A stretch of DNA of 64,000 nucleotides, from positions 25,141 through 89,140 of the forward strand of contig CALDSX010000009.1 in the NCBI GenBank assembly GCA_937924445.1. Reading direction: 5' to 3'. The stretch is from an uncultured Chthoniobacterales bacterium (GTDB taxonomy: Bacteria; Verrucomicrobiota; Verrucomicrobiia; Chthoniobacterales; CALDSX01). A model generated the notes under the pieces. It ran no database searches, was not told the origin of the DNA, and saw only the letters and a list, made by a program, of their open reading frames with translations. Made by a program: the position numbers and the translations under genes. Shown one piece after another: positions 37,373 through 48,545 of the stretch. Position 1 is the stretch's first letter, and every line of letters starts with the position of its first letter.

Positions 37373-39514
37373 ATGCCCAAACTCCTGGATTTTCCTCCCT
37401 CAACGTATGACGACTGGCGAAAAGAAGCTGAGGACTCGCTGAAGGGAGCACCTTTTGACAAAAAGCTCGTTTCAACGACGGCCGAAGGTATTTTAACTCA
37501 ACCTATCTATAATAAGACCGACATTGTTGGCCTGCCTCATCTGGGAGGGGTTCCGGGCGTGCCGCCATTTCTGCGTGGTTGCACAGCCGCTGGGGCACTC
37601 ACCCGGCCTCCTTTGATCGCTCAAGAGATACCGGCGTTTCTCGCCAAAGACTTTAACTCTTCTCTGCGTTCCGACATCGAACGTGGGCAGACGGCGGTGC
37701 GTCTTGTGCCCGACAAAGCTACTCGTGAAGGGCTCGACCCTGATTTGGCGCTCGAGTCTGAAGTCGCCTCCGGCGGGGTCTCCCTCTCGTGCATTGAAGA
37801 CATCGCCCGGGCGCTGGAGGGTATTGATACTGAAAAAACCCCGGTTTTTTTCTCCGCTGGCTCGGCTGCACTGCCGCTTTTCGCTTTACTCATTGGTGCG
37901 CTCCAAAGGGTGGGTCGGGATCCTCGAACTCTGCGTGGCGGTATTGAGTTTGATCCCTCTGCAACGCTTGCCAGGCGTGGGGCTCTTCCCTTTGAGCTTG
38001 AGCGCGTCTACAGAGAGCTTGCTGCATTGAACCGATGGGCTGCCTCTGGAGCACCCGGTTTTCGCACGCTTGTTGCCGACTCAACACCGTGGCATGACGC
38101 CGGAGCTGATGCGGTTCAGGAGCTTGCCTTTGCTCTAGCATCCGGCGCCGATACCCTCCGACGTCTTGGCAAGTTTGGGTTTGAAACAGACCAGCTCGCT
38201 TCCAGAGTCTATTTTGTGATGGGCGTTGGGTCGGATTTTTTCATGGAAATCGCGAAGTTCCGAGCTGCGCGTCTTTTGTGGCATCGTATTCTTGTGGCTT
38301 TTGGTGGTTCGGGAGAGCCTGGATTGCCTCTGCACGCCAGGACGTCGCGCTGGAATAAAACATTCCTTGATTCCCACACCAATATGCTGCGTTCGACCAC
38401 AGAGGCATTCTCTGCTTATGTTGCCGGCGTAGAGGCGGTCACGGTCGGAGGGTTTGATGAGATCTTCCGAATGCCAGACGAGTTTTCGCGTCGCATCGCG
38501 CGAAACACGCAAATCATTCTGGGCGAGGAATGTTCCTTAAACCGTATCATTGATCCGGTAGGTGGCGCTTATTATCCCGAGTGGCTCACAGATCAGGTGG
38601 CGCGAAAAGCCTGGGCGTTGTTTCAGGAGATCGAGGCTCAGGGTGGCATGATGCAGGCTGTTCTTGCAGGCTACCCCCAAAGTCTTACCGCAAAATCTGC
38701 CGATGCCCGCCAGGCCGCACTTGCCCAGCGTCGGCGCAATATGGTTGGCGTGAACATTTACGCCAACGCGGCAGAAGGGTTTCTTCCTGATGATACCTCT
38801 CCCGAACGCGCAGCTCACATTTCCGAAATCCGCCGTAAAATTCGGCAAAAAAGCTCCGAACGCCGCATTTCCGCAGAGCATGGCGAGGCCATCGAAACGC
38901 TGGAGAAACTCTCCGGGCTTCTCGGCTCAATGGATGAGGATTTGATTGAAACGGCAGTTGATGCCGCTCTGCATGGGGCGACACTCGGTGAAATAACGAA
39001 AACCTTGCGTGCCTCCTCCTCTAGCAGCATATCGGCCATACAGATCAAGCCCCGCCGGGCGGCAGATCAATTCGAGCGGATTCGCCTTGCGACCGAGGCT
39101 CGCAGGGTGCGTACGGGTGTTCGGCCTAAAATTTTTCTTGCCTGCTTTGGCCCGTTGAGACAACACAAAGCTCGAGCCGATTTCTCTCGTTCATTTCTCG
39201 AAACCGGAGGGTTCGAAGTGGTGGCGGGTAAAGGTGTCCCTGCCCCCGAAGATGCCGTTCGGCTTGCGATTGAGGTCAATCCGGAGGCAGTCGTGATTTG
39301 TTCAACGGACGAAACCTACCCGGAAATCGTCCCGACGTTTGCTCGTGAAGTCAAACGCCGTAAACCCTCCATTGTCGTTCTGCTCGCCGGTGCACCCGGC
39401 GAAAATGAAACCGCATTTCGGGAGGCGGGAGTGGACGATTTTATCCACCTGCGCGCCAACTGCCGCGATGCTTTGGTTGCTCTTCAGGAACGCATTACTG
39501 GGAGCCAATTTTGA
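37373..39514 (+). CDS. mutA: Methylmalonyl-CoA mutase small (beta) subunit
   Basis: 713 aa. Mutase-fold N-terminus (YDDWRKEAEDSLKGAPFDKKL...TQPIY). Homologous blocks to the downstream alpha subunit (RIARNTQIILGEE, DPVGGAYY). The C-terminal Rossmann-like domain lacks the DxHxxG cobalamin motif, as expected for a beta subunit. Confidence 0.85.
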   Translation: MPKLLDFPPSTYDDWRKEAEDSLKGAPFDKKLVSTTAEGILTQPIYNKTDIVGLPHLGGVPGVPPFLRGCTAAGALTRPPLIAQEIPAFLAKDFNSSLRSDIERGQTAVRLVPDKATREGLDPDLALESEVASGGVSLSCIEDIARALEGIDTEKTPVFFSAGSAALPLFALLIGALQRVGRDPRTLRGGIEFDPSATLARRGALPFELERVYRELAALNRWAASGAPGFRTLVADSTPWHDAGADAVQELAFALASGADTLRRLGKFGFETDQLASRVYFVMGVGSDFFMEIAKFRAARLLWHRILVAFGGSGEPGLPLHARTSRWNKTFLDSHTNMLRSTTEAFSAYVAGVEAVTVGGFDEIFRMPDEFSRRIARNTQIILGEECSLNRIIDPVGGAYYPEWLTDQVARKAWALFQEIEAQGGMMQAVLAGYPQSLTAKSADARQAALAQRRRNMVGVNIYANAAEGFLPDDTSPERAAHISEIRRKIRQKSSERRISAEHGEAIETLEKLSGLLGSMDEDLIETAVDAALHGATLGEITKTLRASSSSSISAIQIKPRRAADQFERIRLATEARRVRTGVRPKIFLACFGPLRQHKARADFSRSFLETGGFEVVAGKGVPAPEDAVRLAIEVNPEAVVICSTDETYPEIVPTFAREVKRRKPSIVVLLAGAPGENETAFREAGVDDFIHLRANCRDALVALQERITGSQF

Positions 39515-39565
39515 TCCGCGACTCGAACTCACACATTCCAAGTCTCAATCTCCCACTTTTTTGAC

Positions 39566-41752
39566 ATGAAATTTCCTGATTTTACTACGATCCCATTCGA
39601 AGCCGCTCCTGCGACACTCAAACCGAGCTTTGAGGAATGGAGAGCCGCTCTTGAAAGGGAGACAGGCAAAACCCTCGAGGAATTGGCCTGGAAAACAATG
39701 GAACAAATTGAACTCGGGGCCCTCTTCACAGAACAGGATCTTGAGGGGCTCGAGCATCTCGACTACACCGCTGGTGTACCGCCTTATCTCCGTGGCCCCT
39801 ATGCCACGATGTATGTGACCCGACCCTGGACGGTTCGTCAATACGCGGGATTTTCTACAGCCACCGAATCAAACGCCTTTTATCGCCGTAATCTTGCTGC
39901 CGGCCAGATGGGGCTCTCTGTTGCGTTCGATCTTGCAACACACCGTGGCTATGACTCCGACCATCCGCGAGTGATGGGTGACGTGGGAAAGGCCGGTGTG
40001 GCTGTGGATTCTGTTGAGGACATGAAAATTCTTTTCGACGGCATTCCGCTCGACAAAATGTCGGTCTCGATGACGATGAACGGCGCTGTCATCCCCGTTC
40101 TGGCATTTTACATTGTGGCTGCCGAGGAACAGGGTGTTAGGCACGAGCAACTGACAGGCACCATCCAGAACGATATCCTCAAGGAATACATGGTGCGGAA
40201 TACCTATATCTATCCGCCTGAGCCTTCGATGCGGATCATCGCCGATATTTTCCGCTTCACATCCAAGAATATGCCGAAGTTTAATAGCATCTCGATTTCC
40301 GGCTACCACATGCAGGAAGCGGGAGCCACTGCGGATCTTGAAATGGCTTACACACTTGCCGACGGGCTGGAATATGTGCGCACCGGCATTCAAGCCGGTA
40401 TTGATATTGACGCATTCGCTCCTCGGCTTTCGTTTTTTTGGGCGCAAGGCAAGAATTTCTTCATGGAAGTGGCCAAGATGCGCGCCGCCCGCGTGCTCTG
40501 GGCCAAGATCATCAAAGGGTTTAATCCTCAGAACCCAAAGAGCATGGCTTTGCGCACCCATTCGCAAACCAGCGGATGGTCACTCACTGAACAGGATCCG
40601 TTTAACAACGTCGTTCGCACTGCCGTCGAGGCAATGGCCGCAGCTCTCGGCCACACCCAATCGCTGCACACGAATTCCCTCGATGAAGCAATAGCGTTGC
40701 CAACAGATTTCTCGGCCCGGATTGCCCGCAACACTCAGCTATATCTTCAAGACGAAACCGGCATCTGTCGGGTGGTCGATCCGTGGGGCGGCTCTTACTA
40801 TGTTGAAGCCCTTACCGGCGCTCTTATCCAGCGGGCCTGGTCGCATATTGAAGAGGTTGAAAAACTTGGTGGCATGGCCAAAGCAATTGATTCCGGCCTT
40901 CCGAAGCTTCGGATCGAGGAGGCTGCTGCCCGGCGCCAGGCTCTCATTGATTCCGGCCGAGAGGTTATTGTAGGGGTCAACAAATACCGACTCTCCAAAG
41001 AGGAGCCCCTTGAAATCCTCGACGTGGACAACACGGCTGTCCGTAATGCGCAGATTGCCGCGATTAAAAAAATTAAAGCCACCCGCGACAACGCCCGAGT
41101 CACCTCGGCCCTCGCCGCGCTTCAAAATGCTGCCGCAACCAAGACCGGAAATTTGTTGGAACTCGCTCTTGAATGCGCCCGTGCTCGCGCGACATTGGGC
41201 GAGATTTCCGACGCAATGGAATCAGTGTTCGGACGTCACAAAGCGGTTATCCGCTCTGTTTCGGGGGTCTATGGCAAGGAGTTTGGTGACTCCGCACAGA
41301 TAGCCGAGGCCCGGCGGCTGACGGATGATTTCGCTCTGCGCGAAGGTCGTCGACCTCGCATCCTTATCGCCAAGATTGGCCAGGATGGGCATGACCGCGG
41401 CGCAAAAGTCGTTGCCACAGCCTATGCCGATCTCGGTTTCGATGTGGATATCGGGCCCCTCTTTCAAACACCAGCAGAGACCGCCCGCATGGCGGCTGAG
41501 AATGACGTGCATGTCGTCGGCATGTCAAGCCTTGCTGCCGGCCATAAAACCCTTCTCCCGCAACTTGTCGCGGAGCTTAAAAAACTCGGGCGCGAGGACA
41601 TCATTGTCATCGTCGGCGGTGTGATCCCCGCGCAAGACTACGATTTTCTGCTTGCCCATGGCGCAGCCGCCATTTTCGGGCCAGGCACGGTTATCCCCGA
41701 GGCGGCCATCAAAATAGTTAACGAACTGAACAAAAGGCTTGCCTCAGCCTGA
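39566..41752 (+). CDS. mutB: Methylmalonyl-CoA mutase large (alpha) subunit, adenosylcobalamin-binding
   Basis: 728 aa. [43 protein letters not shown], and the B12-binding [13 protein letters not shown] (DxHxxG) with GMSSLAAGH. Confidence 0.97.
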   Translation: MKFPDFTTIPFEAAPATLKPSFEEWRAALERETGKTLEELAWKTMEQIELGALFTEQDLEGLEHLDYTAGVPPYLRGPYATMYVTRPWTVRQYAGFSTATESNAFYRRNLAAGQMGLSVAFDLATHRGYDSDHPRVMGDVGKAGVAVDSVEDMKILFDGIPLDKMSVSMTMNGAVIPVLAFYIVAAEEQGVRHEQLTGTIQNDILKEYMVRNTYIYPPEPSMRIIADIFRFTSKNMPKFNSISISGYHMQEAGATADLEMAYTLADGLEYVRTGIQAGIDIDAFAPRLSFFWAQGKNFFMEVAKMRAARVLWAKIIKGFNPQNPKSMALRTHSQTSGWSLTEQDPFNNVVRTAVEAMAAALGHTQSLHTNSLDEAIALPTDFSARIARNTQLYLQDETGICRVVDPWGGSYYVEALTGALIQRAWSHIEEVEKLGGMAKAIDSGLPKLRIEEAAARRQALIDSGREVIVGVNKYRLSKEEPLEILDVDNTAVRNAQIAAIKKIKATRDNARVTSALAALQNAAATKTGNLLELALECARARATLGEISDAMESVFGRHKAVIRSVSGVYGKEFGDSAQIAEARRLTDDFALREGRRPRILIAKIGQDGHDRGAKVVATAYADLGFDVDIGPLFQTPAETARMAAENDVHVVGMSSLAAGHKTLLPQLVAELKKLGREDIIVIVGGVIPAQDYDFLLAHGAAAIFGPGTVIPEAAIKIVNELNKRLASA

Positions 41753-41837
41753 AGGATAATTGCTCGCTCCCCTCACATTCTTGGTAGTTCCCGCACAAAA
41801 AATCGTCTTCGGGAGACTCTAACTCCTTTCGAGGATC

Positions 41838-42716
41838 CTACCTTGCTTTACGCGGGCCAATAAGGGCGTCTACCGCCGTGCGGGCATGGGCATTGATGTT
41901 CACCACATCCTCCCGCGTCAACAAATCACCAGGGGGCTTGTCTATGATAGCACGAATGCGCTGTGATTCGGCAATGAGAGTTTGTATCACCTTACGTTGG
42001 GAGATCTCCGGGTGGAGGGTGGAGAGCCTATCCAGAAAGTAATCGAGCAATTCGATCTTGCGCAATAACTCCGCCCGTTCAGGCGAGTAATTCTCCATGA
42101 TCGTGTGGCTGGTGATTTCGAGGCCACGAATCCACCCTCCGACGCTGACAAGATGGGCGATTTCCTCGTCACGCAGTTCGATCATCGCCTGCTCTGCGTC
42201 CGTTTGTGCGGCTGAGAGTTCTGATTTGAGATCAGCCCAGTTCCCTGAGGAGCCGAGTTCAATCAGACTGCTTGCTCTAGGAAGAACTGCTTCGAGCACC
42301 GAGAGTCCACGAGCATGGCGCAACAATCCGCGGGCAAGATCTTCAAGATCGGAGATTTTTTCCGCATCAACCAACGCAAAACCTTGAGCGATCAACACAC
42401 CCATTGTGAGGGCGATCGTAGGCCGGTCCGTAGAGATTTTTCCTGGAACAGGCCGGCGGATTTTGGTGTAGGGAATCGGGCGAAGATTTTCGAGATCTTT
42501 AAGCAGCCGGGCAATCGAAGGCGCTGTGAAAACGTTAACGCCCAATTCTTCCCTTGCGTGTTCATCGGAAAGTATGTCCAGAAAATCATCTCCTTGAGCT
42601 TCACCCGTTACGTCTGAAGTTTTTTTTGAAACAGGCGTATCCCCGGCACCAAGGCAAATATCTAGCAAAGGGACCAGCCACGCGCTGCAGATAATGATCA
42701 GGGTCCGGGGTGTCAT
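41838..42716 (-). CDS. Hypothetical secreted, mainly alpha-helical protein
   Basis: 292-aa ORF with an N-terminal hydrophobic segment (LIIICSAWLVPLLDICLGAG). The sequence is acidic with helical heptad-like character. I recognised no family motif. Confidence 0.5.
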   Translation of the reverse strand: MTPRTLIIICSAWLVPLLDICLGAGDTPVSKKTSDVTGEAQGDDFLDILSDEHAREELGVNVFTAPSIARLLKDLENLRPIPYTKIRRPVPGKISTDRPTIALTMGVLIAQGFALVDAEKISDLEDLARGLLRHARGLSVLEAVLPRASSLIELGSSGNWADLKSELSAAQTDAEQAMIELRDEEIAHLVSVGGWIRGLEITSHTIMENYSPERAELLRKIELLDYFLDRLSTLHPEISQRKVIQTLIAESQRIRAIIDKPPGDLLTREDVVNINAHARTAVDALIGPRKAR

Positions 42717-42827
42717 TTTAAGTGTCTCATCCTACTAATAGCCCACGCCGAAGGCAAGCGACAACAGGAATTTTGTGGAAGATTCGATCTGGCAATTAAG
42801 AAAAAATCTATTACCCAAAGGAGTGTT

Positions 42828-43655
42828 ATGAAATTAAGTTTTGCTAAAAATTCCTGGGGCCTGAATGGGTCGCTTTCTGACATTCTTGACCGAATTGCAG
42901 ATGCGGGTTTCGACACATTCGAGACGCCTCTTCCCTTTGCCGCTCAAGAAATCGACCGTTTGCGCGAAGGGGTTGAAAAGCGAGGGCTTGGCTTGATTGG
43001 CCAGGCGTTTTCACATGCAGCAGAAGCGCTGCCAGATATTTTTCGCAGGGCTTCAGCTGCAGGGTGCAGACTGGTGGTCTTGCAGGCCGGCAGTGACCGC
43101 ATGGATCTCGATGCGGGCCGGGCTTTTATTCAGCACGCACTAACCGCAGCACGCGTGACTGGCGTGAAGGTGGCCTACGAAACCCATCGGGGACGACTTT
43201 TCTACGCACCCTGGATTGCGGCGATCTATCTGAGAGAGTTTCCCGAATTGCAAACCTGCCTCGATCTCAGCCACTGGACAGTGGTAACGGAGAGCCTGCT
43301 GGAGGAATCGGATGAAAGCGTGGCCCTTGCCATCGCTCGAGCACTTCATATCCATGCCCGAGTTGGGTCTGAACAATCGGCCCAGGTAGATGATCCGTTC
43401 CTCCCAGAATGGGAAGACCATCGGGAAAGGTTTTTCTCTCACTGGCGCGACGCAATTTTGGCGGCAGCGGCAAGAGGTGAGGAAATTTTTACGATCAACC
43501 CCGAGTATTCTCTTTCACCCTACCCCGGGCCCGCCGGACGCATAGGAGCCGAGTATCGGATTCGCACCACCACTGCGTATGATCCTTGGCCTGTTGCATT
43601 AAAGATCGTAGAAGAATTCCGCTCGCGCTTTGGCACCGAAATTTCGGTCGCCTAA
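42828..43655 (+). CDS. Xylose isomerase-like TIM-barrel (sugar phosphate isomerase/epimerase family) protein
   Basis: 275 aa. The pattern of conserved acidic/His positions (AYETHRG, LDLSHW, HIHARVG) is typical of the AP_endonuc_2 / TIM-barrel family. Confidence 0.7.
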   Translation: MKLSFAKNSWGLNGSLSDILDRIADAGFDTFETPLPFAAQEIDRLREGVEKRGLGLIGQAFSHAAEALPDIFRRASAAGCRLVVLQAGSDRMDLDAGRAFIQHALTAARVTGVKVAYETHRGRLFYAPWIAAIYLREFPELQTCLDLSHWTVVTESLLEESDESVALAIARALHIHARVGSEQSAQVDDPFLPEWEDHRERFFSHWRDAILAAAARGEEIFTINPEYSLSPYPGPAGRIGAEYRIRTTTAYDPWPVALKIVEEFRSRFGTEISVA

Positions 43656-43658
43656 TCG

Positions 43659-43684
43659 CTTCGAGTGGCAAAGCCTTCTCGAAG
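43659..43684 (+). terminator. Strong stem-loop immediately after the TIM-barrel gene (possible terminator lacking a U-run)
   Basis: CTTCGAG-t-GGC-aaa-GCC-tt-CTCGAAG (10 bp paired) starts 4 nt after the stop codon. No T-tract follows. Confidence 0.35.
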
Positions 43685-43870
43685 GTGCAAAGTTATTTCG
43701 TCAAACCAACGCTCAAACCAGTCACGCCGAAAATATAAATCCGAATTGCTCCGGGGCGCCCTGCCGAGGGCCACTACGCAAAACCACTCCCGCAAGATTC
43801 GCAAATATTTCCCCGCTCTAAGCAGATGAAATGAGCCTGGAAAAACGAGAAGCATGGCGGGAGAGACTTT

Positions 43871-46702
43871 GTGCACGGTAATGTAACGAAGATGTTACAA
43901 AAAATTGCTGGCAACGATGATCAATCGGACCTTGTTCTTAATATGCTTAGACCCGTTCGGAGATTAGCGGCCTCCGCCGTGGCAATAATCTTTTTGTGTG
44001 GGCTTGTCCGCTTGCAGGGGAGAGGAGAGACGGCAGAAGAATTGCTCAACCGCGGTTCAACAGCATACTCTGCGGGTAGCTTTAAAGAGGCTGAAGTCGC
44101 CCTGGCGAAGTTTCTCACGGATTATGGGCAGAGCGGACAGGTTGCTCAGCTTTTACCGCGGGTTTTGCCGATGTTGGCGATTTGTCAAATTCGTAACAGC
44201 AATTTTGAAGATGCAGGGGCTACAATAGATCAAGTGTTAGCTCTGAGGGAATCCCTTCCCTCCGCAGCCATCCTCGAAGAGTTAAGGTTTTGGCGTGGGA
44301 TTTGCCACCTTAAGAAGGAGGAGTTCGAGCTGGCTCGTGAGACATTTCAAAAATTCGCGACCTCCCATCCGCGTTCGGATAAGCGTGTGGAAGCGTTGCT
44401 CCTCTCAGCCACAAGTTATTCTTTGGAGAAAAATTGGAAAGAATCAGCGGATAACCTTGCCCAATTAATTCAAACACTCTCACAACCTGAAAAAGGCCGG
44501 GCCGTTGTCCTGCGGTTCCATTGTCTTTTGCAACTCGGTGCACTTGACGAGGCACTTCGGCTTCTTATCGAATTTTTTCCCCAACTCGACCAGATGATTC
44601 AGATCTCCGCAATGCAAGTCTTTGCCTTGGAACTCGGCACCGCTTTCCTCGCTGAGCAACGCCATCTTGACGCCATCGCCTGTTTCCAGAGAATTTGGAG
44701 TCGCGCACGCGTGTTGGCGCTACAACAGGAACGGCTCAACGTCCTTACCGCCCGCAAAACAGCCGCAGAACAACGCAAGGACACTTTTACCATTTTCCAA
44801 ACATCCCAGCTCCTTGCCAAGGTGGAGCGGGAATTGAAGATTTTCCGTGAATTTCCATCATTCGACGCCGCTTTGCGGCTCCGACTGGCGTCGGCTTACC
44901 TTGCAATGGAACGTTTCCGAGAGGCAGCGCTTGTGCTCGATGCGATGCTTCATGAAATGCCTGCGGATGAAATTGTGGAAGGAGCATCGGCTACTTTGCT
45001 AAAGTGCTGGGGTGAAATAGAACGATGGCCAAAAGTCATCGAGGCTGCAGATCTTTTTATCGCCAAATTCCCTCAATCAAAAAATGTGCCCGAGGCACTT
45101 TTCCTGAAAGCTCGCGCACAGCAGGAGCTTGCGGCCTACCCCGACGCAGTGGCCACCTATGATCAACTCGCAAAAACCTTTCCGGATTCTTCTCTCGCAC
45201 CACGTGCGAAATTTATGGCGGGCTACACACAGCTAATGGCCGAAGAATATCACGATGCTTCTGAACGAATGGAGGCGGTCTACGACAAACATCAGAAGCA
45301 TGAAATTGCCGAGGCGGCAGTCTTCTGGAAAGGGATGGGTCTTTCTATGGCCAAAGCACATCAAGAGTCCCGCGCCCAAATGGAGCGTTACCTCAATCTT
45401 TACAAGAACGGAGCCTACCGGACCCAGGCGCAGTTTCGTAAGGCCTACTCCGCACATTCAATGAAGGATTACCAAACAAGTATTTGTGAATTGCGCTTGT
45501 TTCTCAGGGATAACCCCGATTCTGCGGAAGCAGATGAAGCACTTATCCTTCTGGGTGACGCATTGATGGCGACCGGCGAGATGCAACAGGGTATTGCGGC
45601 CTACAAACGCATTTCACAAACAAACCCGCGTTTTTTCGAAGAGGGTTGGTTTAAAGTGGGCAGAGCTCTCAAACAACTGGAAGATCTCGAAGGCATGAAA
45701 AAACACTTTGAGGAGTTCATCCAGTTGCGGCCGAAGAGCACCAGGCTTCCTGAGGCGTTTTACCAGATTGGTTGGGTGCTAAGACAACAACAACGTGAGG
45801 ATGAGGCGAAGAAACTCTACTGGTCAGCGGTCAAAGAAATGGGTGACGATGCCGGACGCCACGCCGTGGAGGATTTGTTGCTAGGCCTTTTGCGCCTCCA
45901 CAGGGGCGAAAAAGAAAAACATTCTTTACGTGAAGGACTACGCGCACTACGGGACAAGGCCGAGGCAGAGGGCAAAAAGGTCTTTCAAAGTCGTTTGGCA
46001 TGGGCCCTTTCCAAGACCTACAGCAAAGACGATGAGATCATGGCCCAGACATTGCTCGATGAAGCAGGCCGACTGGCCGATCCTGCCACTGCAAGCCCCC
46101 AACTCCTCGCCGATGTTGCGGAAGCCTCTTACAAAGCAGATCTCAAAGAACGGGCAGCCCTCCTCTATCGCAACTTGATTAAATGGAACCCCCGCGCTCC
46201 ACAAAAAGACCGCGCTTTGTTTTGTCTGGGTTTCATAGCCAAAGAGCAGGGACGCTCCGAAGAGGCACTCAAACTCTTCGCAAGATTCCAGAGGGAAGTC
46301 CCCGACTCCCTGCTCGCCTCCCGGGTTCTCTTGGCAAAATCAGCCATCGAGCTTGACTTAGGCCAAGCCGATGAAGCCTTAAAAACCCTCGAGACCCTTC
46401 TGGCTACCCAGGGGGCAGCAGGTCGAGACAAGGCAGCCGCCCTTTTTGCGATAGGCGAAATTTTTCAATCGAAAGGCGATCTCAAAAAAGCCTATGCCTA
46501 CTACCAGCGCATCTATGTTTTATATTCAAAATTCGGCGATCTTGTCGCCAAGGCCTATCTTCGCTGCGGCACTCTGCTTGAGACCCTCAAAGATCTCGAG
46601 GGCGCTCGCAAAACTTACGAGGAAATGTTGGGGCGGGAAGATCTACCAGATGGAGAAGAACTTCGAACGGCCCGGGAACGGCTTGCGCAGCTCGCCTCAT
46701 GA
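43871..46702 (+). CDS. Large TPR-repeat protein (first gene of the ExbB/ExbD/VWA operon)
   Basis: 943 aa. Many TPR-like A..Y..A..(F/Y).....P units (for example FPQSKNVPEALFLKARAQQELAAYPDAVATYDQLAKTFPDSSLAPRAKF). An N-terminal hydrophobic segment follows the Met at 43943, which may be the true start. Confidence 0.8.
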   Translation: MHGNVTKMLQKIAGNDDQSDLVLNMLRPVRRLAASAVAIIFLCGLVRLQGRGETAEELLNRGSTAYSAGSFKEAEVALAKFLTDYGQSGQVAQLLPRVLPMLAICQIRNSNFEDAGATIDQVLALRESLPSAAILEELRFWRGICHLKKEEFELARETFQKFATSHPRSDKRVEALLLSATSYSLEKNWKESADNLAQLIQTLSQPEKGRAVVLRFHCLLQLGALDEALRLLIEFFPQLDQMIQISAMQVFALELGTAFLAEQRHLDAIACFQRIWSRARVLALQQERLNVLTARKTAAEQRKDTFTIFQTSQLLAKVERELKIFREFPSFDAALRLRLASAYLAMERFREAALVLDAMLHEMPADEIVEGASATLLKCWGEIERWPKVIEAADLFIAKFPQSKNVPEALFLKARAQQELAAYPDAVATYDQLAKTFPDSSLAPRAKFMAGYTQLMAEEYHDASERMEAVYDKHQKHEIAEAAVFWKGMGLSMAKAHQESRAQMERYLNLYKNGAYRTQAQFRKAYSAHSMKDYQTSICELRLFLRDNPDSAEADEALILLGDALMATGEMQQGIAAYKRISQTNPRFFEEGWFKVGRALKQLEDLEGMKKHFEEFIQLRPKSTRLPEAFYQIGWVLRQQQREDEAKKLYWSAVKEMGDDAGRHAVEDLLLGLLRLHRGEKEKHSLREGLRALRDKAEAEGKKVFQSRLAWALSKTYSKDDEIMAQTLLDEAGRLADPATASPQLLADVAEASYKADLKERAALLYRNLIKWNPRAPQKDRALFCLGFIAKEQGRSEEALKLFARFQREVPDSLLASRVLLAKSAIELDLGQADEALKTLETLLATQGAAGRDKAAALFAIGEIFQSKGDLKKAYAYYQRIYVLYSKFGDLVAKAYLRCGTLLETLKDLEGARKTYEEMLGREDLPDGEELRTARERLAQLAS

Positions 46703-47646
46703 AGATGTCATTCGCTGCCTTTGGGATTACTCTCGCTCTTGCCGTAGCGCATGGGACAGAGTCTGGCACCCCCACTCCAGGTCCCGCCGCCTCTAAAGAC
46801 GTGATCTTTAGGCTCTCAGGCGGAGTGCTTGCCGGAAGGATTTTTGCTTTTGACCACGACGCAATCCGCATGGAAGTCGATGTCATTCCCGGTCAACCAC
46901 CCGGCCGGATTGCCGTTCCAAGAGCGAACATCCTGCGTATTGAATTCGCGGAGGATCCCGAAGCGGAGGCACTTTTGGCAGCGCGGAATCTTTCACAGTT
47001 TGATGCGATCGAAGCGCATTGGCTCAAACGGCGTCCCACCCTCTCAATCGAAGGTTCCAACGCTGGCGAGTTTGGGCTTGCTACCGCCGAACTTCTTCTC
47101 GACCGCGCTCGCTCCGGAGATCGCGAGCGGGCACTGCAACTTTTTGAATTGATCGAGCGAGAAGATTGGTTCGAACTTCGAAAATCTTCCGCCCGCGGGG
47201 GCAGACTTAAGGCAATGGTACTCTTAGGCCGTGCCAACGAAGCGATTGAGGAAGCCCGCCAGGTGCTTTCCCAAACGGAAGATCCCGGTGTTCTTATTGA
47301 ATCTCATCATGTTCTCGGCGAAGCTTCCTTCGCGGCTTTAAAAAAACTTGTCGAAGAGAACCCGCGTTGGAGAGAAGATCTGTTCGTGCGCCCCGACTAT
47401 GACCGCTTGCTCAATGAAGCGCTCGACCACTATCTTTTCGCACCTCTTTTTCACGGTTCCGTGGAGGAAGCCGCGGCTCGCGGCTTGTGGGCGGCCGGCC
47501 AAGTATTGGCATTTCACGGTGCATTCTCCGAACAAAAAAAACTTGCGAACGATATCACCGCCCTTTACCCCCGCAGCTCTTTTGTAAATCAGGCATTGTC
47601 TGTTCTTTCAGATGCCCCTAAACCTCCCTCACGCCCTGCCGAATAA
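46699..47646 (+). CDS. Hypothetical secreted helical-repeat protein
   Basis: 315 aa. Signal peptide MKMSFAAFGITLALAVAHG. The start overlaps the TPR gene stop (ATGA). No recognisable family motif. Confidence 0.55.
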   Translation: MKMSFAAFGITLALAVAHGTESGTPTPGPAASKDVIFRLSGGVLAGRIFAFDHDAIRMEVDVIPGQPPGRIAVPRANILRIEFAEDPEAEALLAARNLSQFDAIEAHWLKRRPTLSIEGSNAGEFGLATAELLLDRARSGDRERALQLFELIEREDWFELRKSSARGGRLKAMVLLGRANEAIEEARQVLSQTEDPGVLIESHHVLGEASFAALKKLVEENPRWREDLFVRPDYDRLLNEALDHYLFAPLFHGSVEEAAARGLWAAGQVLAFHGAFSEQKKLANDITALYPRSSFVNQALSVLSDAPKPPSRPAE

Positions 47647-47696
47647 AATCCCTTATATTTCGCATTATATTTAACCACACTGAAAACCAATCCAAC

Positions 47697-48512
47697 ATGA
47701 AAACATCGTACCATTATAGCCACCCACGCCTTGCCACCCTTCTGCTTCTGTTTTGTCTTTTTACCGCACCGACTGCTGTGTCTGCTCAGAATGATGCCGC
47801 GCCGACTGTGAAGACCAAGACGCTGCTCGATCTTTACAATCAAGGCGGGTTTCTCATGCACCCGATCTTGCTCTGTTCCATCGGCACTATCGCGGTCTGT
47901 GCCTACTGCCTGCTTCAGATCAACCCAAAGAAGATGGCACCAAAAAGCCAGTTTGACGCGCTGAGCCACTTCATGCGCGTGCGCGACCCGAACAGCGCCT
48001 ACGAGCTTTGCCAAAACAACCCCAACGCGTTGGCAAACACCACTGCCGCAGCTTTGTTGAAAGTAAACTTCGAAAGGGAATTGGCCAATAAGGTATCAAT
48101 GGAACAGGCAGCCGCAGAAACACTCAACACAGAGGAAACCCGCCTTATGATCTGGGTGAATTACCTCAACGTGTTTGCCACCATCGCCCCGATGCTCGGT
48201 CTCCTCGGCACCGTTACCGGCATGATCTCTAGCTTTGACCAACTTGCCGCAGGTAAAAGCGAACCGCAGGATCTCGCAGGTGGTATCGGCCAGGCTATGA
48301 TCACCACAGCAGGCGGACTCATCACAGGCATCCCTGCAATGTTCTTTTATTTTTATTTCCGCAACAAACTCATGGTCGCCATCAATGACATCCAGCGCAA
48401 CGTGACCTTCCTCATTGACGTTCTATCGGGGGAACTCAAACTCGAGGGGGCCGTCGAGGAAGCCATCCCAACTGCAGAGACCTCAGGGAGCACAGCAAAC
48501 GCTCAGGCTTGA
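47697..48512 (+). CDS. exbB: MotA/TolQ/ExbB-family proton channel
   Basis: 271 aa. Conserved C-terminal core IAPMLGLLGTVTGMISSF...GGIGQAMITTAGGLITGIPAMFFY. It also has its own N-terminal signal peptide (LATLLLLFCLFTAPTAVSA). Confidence 0.9.
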   Translation: MKTSYHYSHPRLATLLLLFCLFTAPTAVSAQNDAAPTVKTKTLLDLYNQGGFLMHPILLCSIGTIAVCAYCLLQINPKKMAPKSQFDALSHFMRVRDPNSAYELCQNNPNALANTTAAALLKVNFERELANKVSMEQAAAETLNTEETRLMIWVNYLNVFATIAPMLGLLGTVTGMISSFDQLAAGKSEPQDLAGGIGQAMITTAGGLITGIPAMFFYFYFRNKLMVAINDIQRNVTFLIDVLSGELKLEGAVEEAIPTAETSGSTANAQA

Positions 48513-48545
48513 TCCACTCAGTCGGCTTTTACAAACAAAACCGCC

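Noticed and set aside
37192-37461. An 89-aa minus-strand ORF in the trmB-mutA spacer.
   Set aside because: It overlaps the well-supported mutA start in antisense and has no recognisable motif or ribosome-binding context. The inverted repeat in the same spacer is reported instead.
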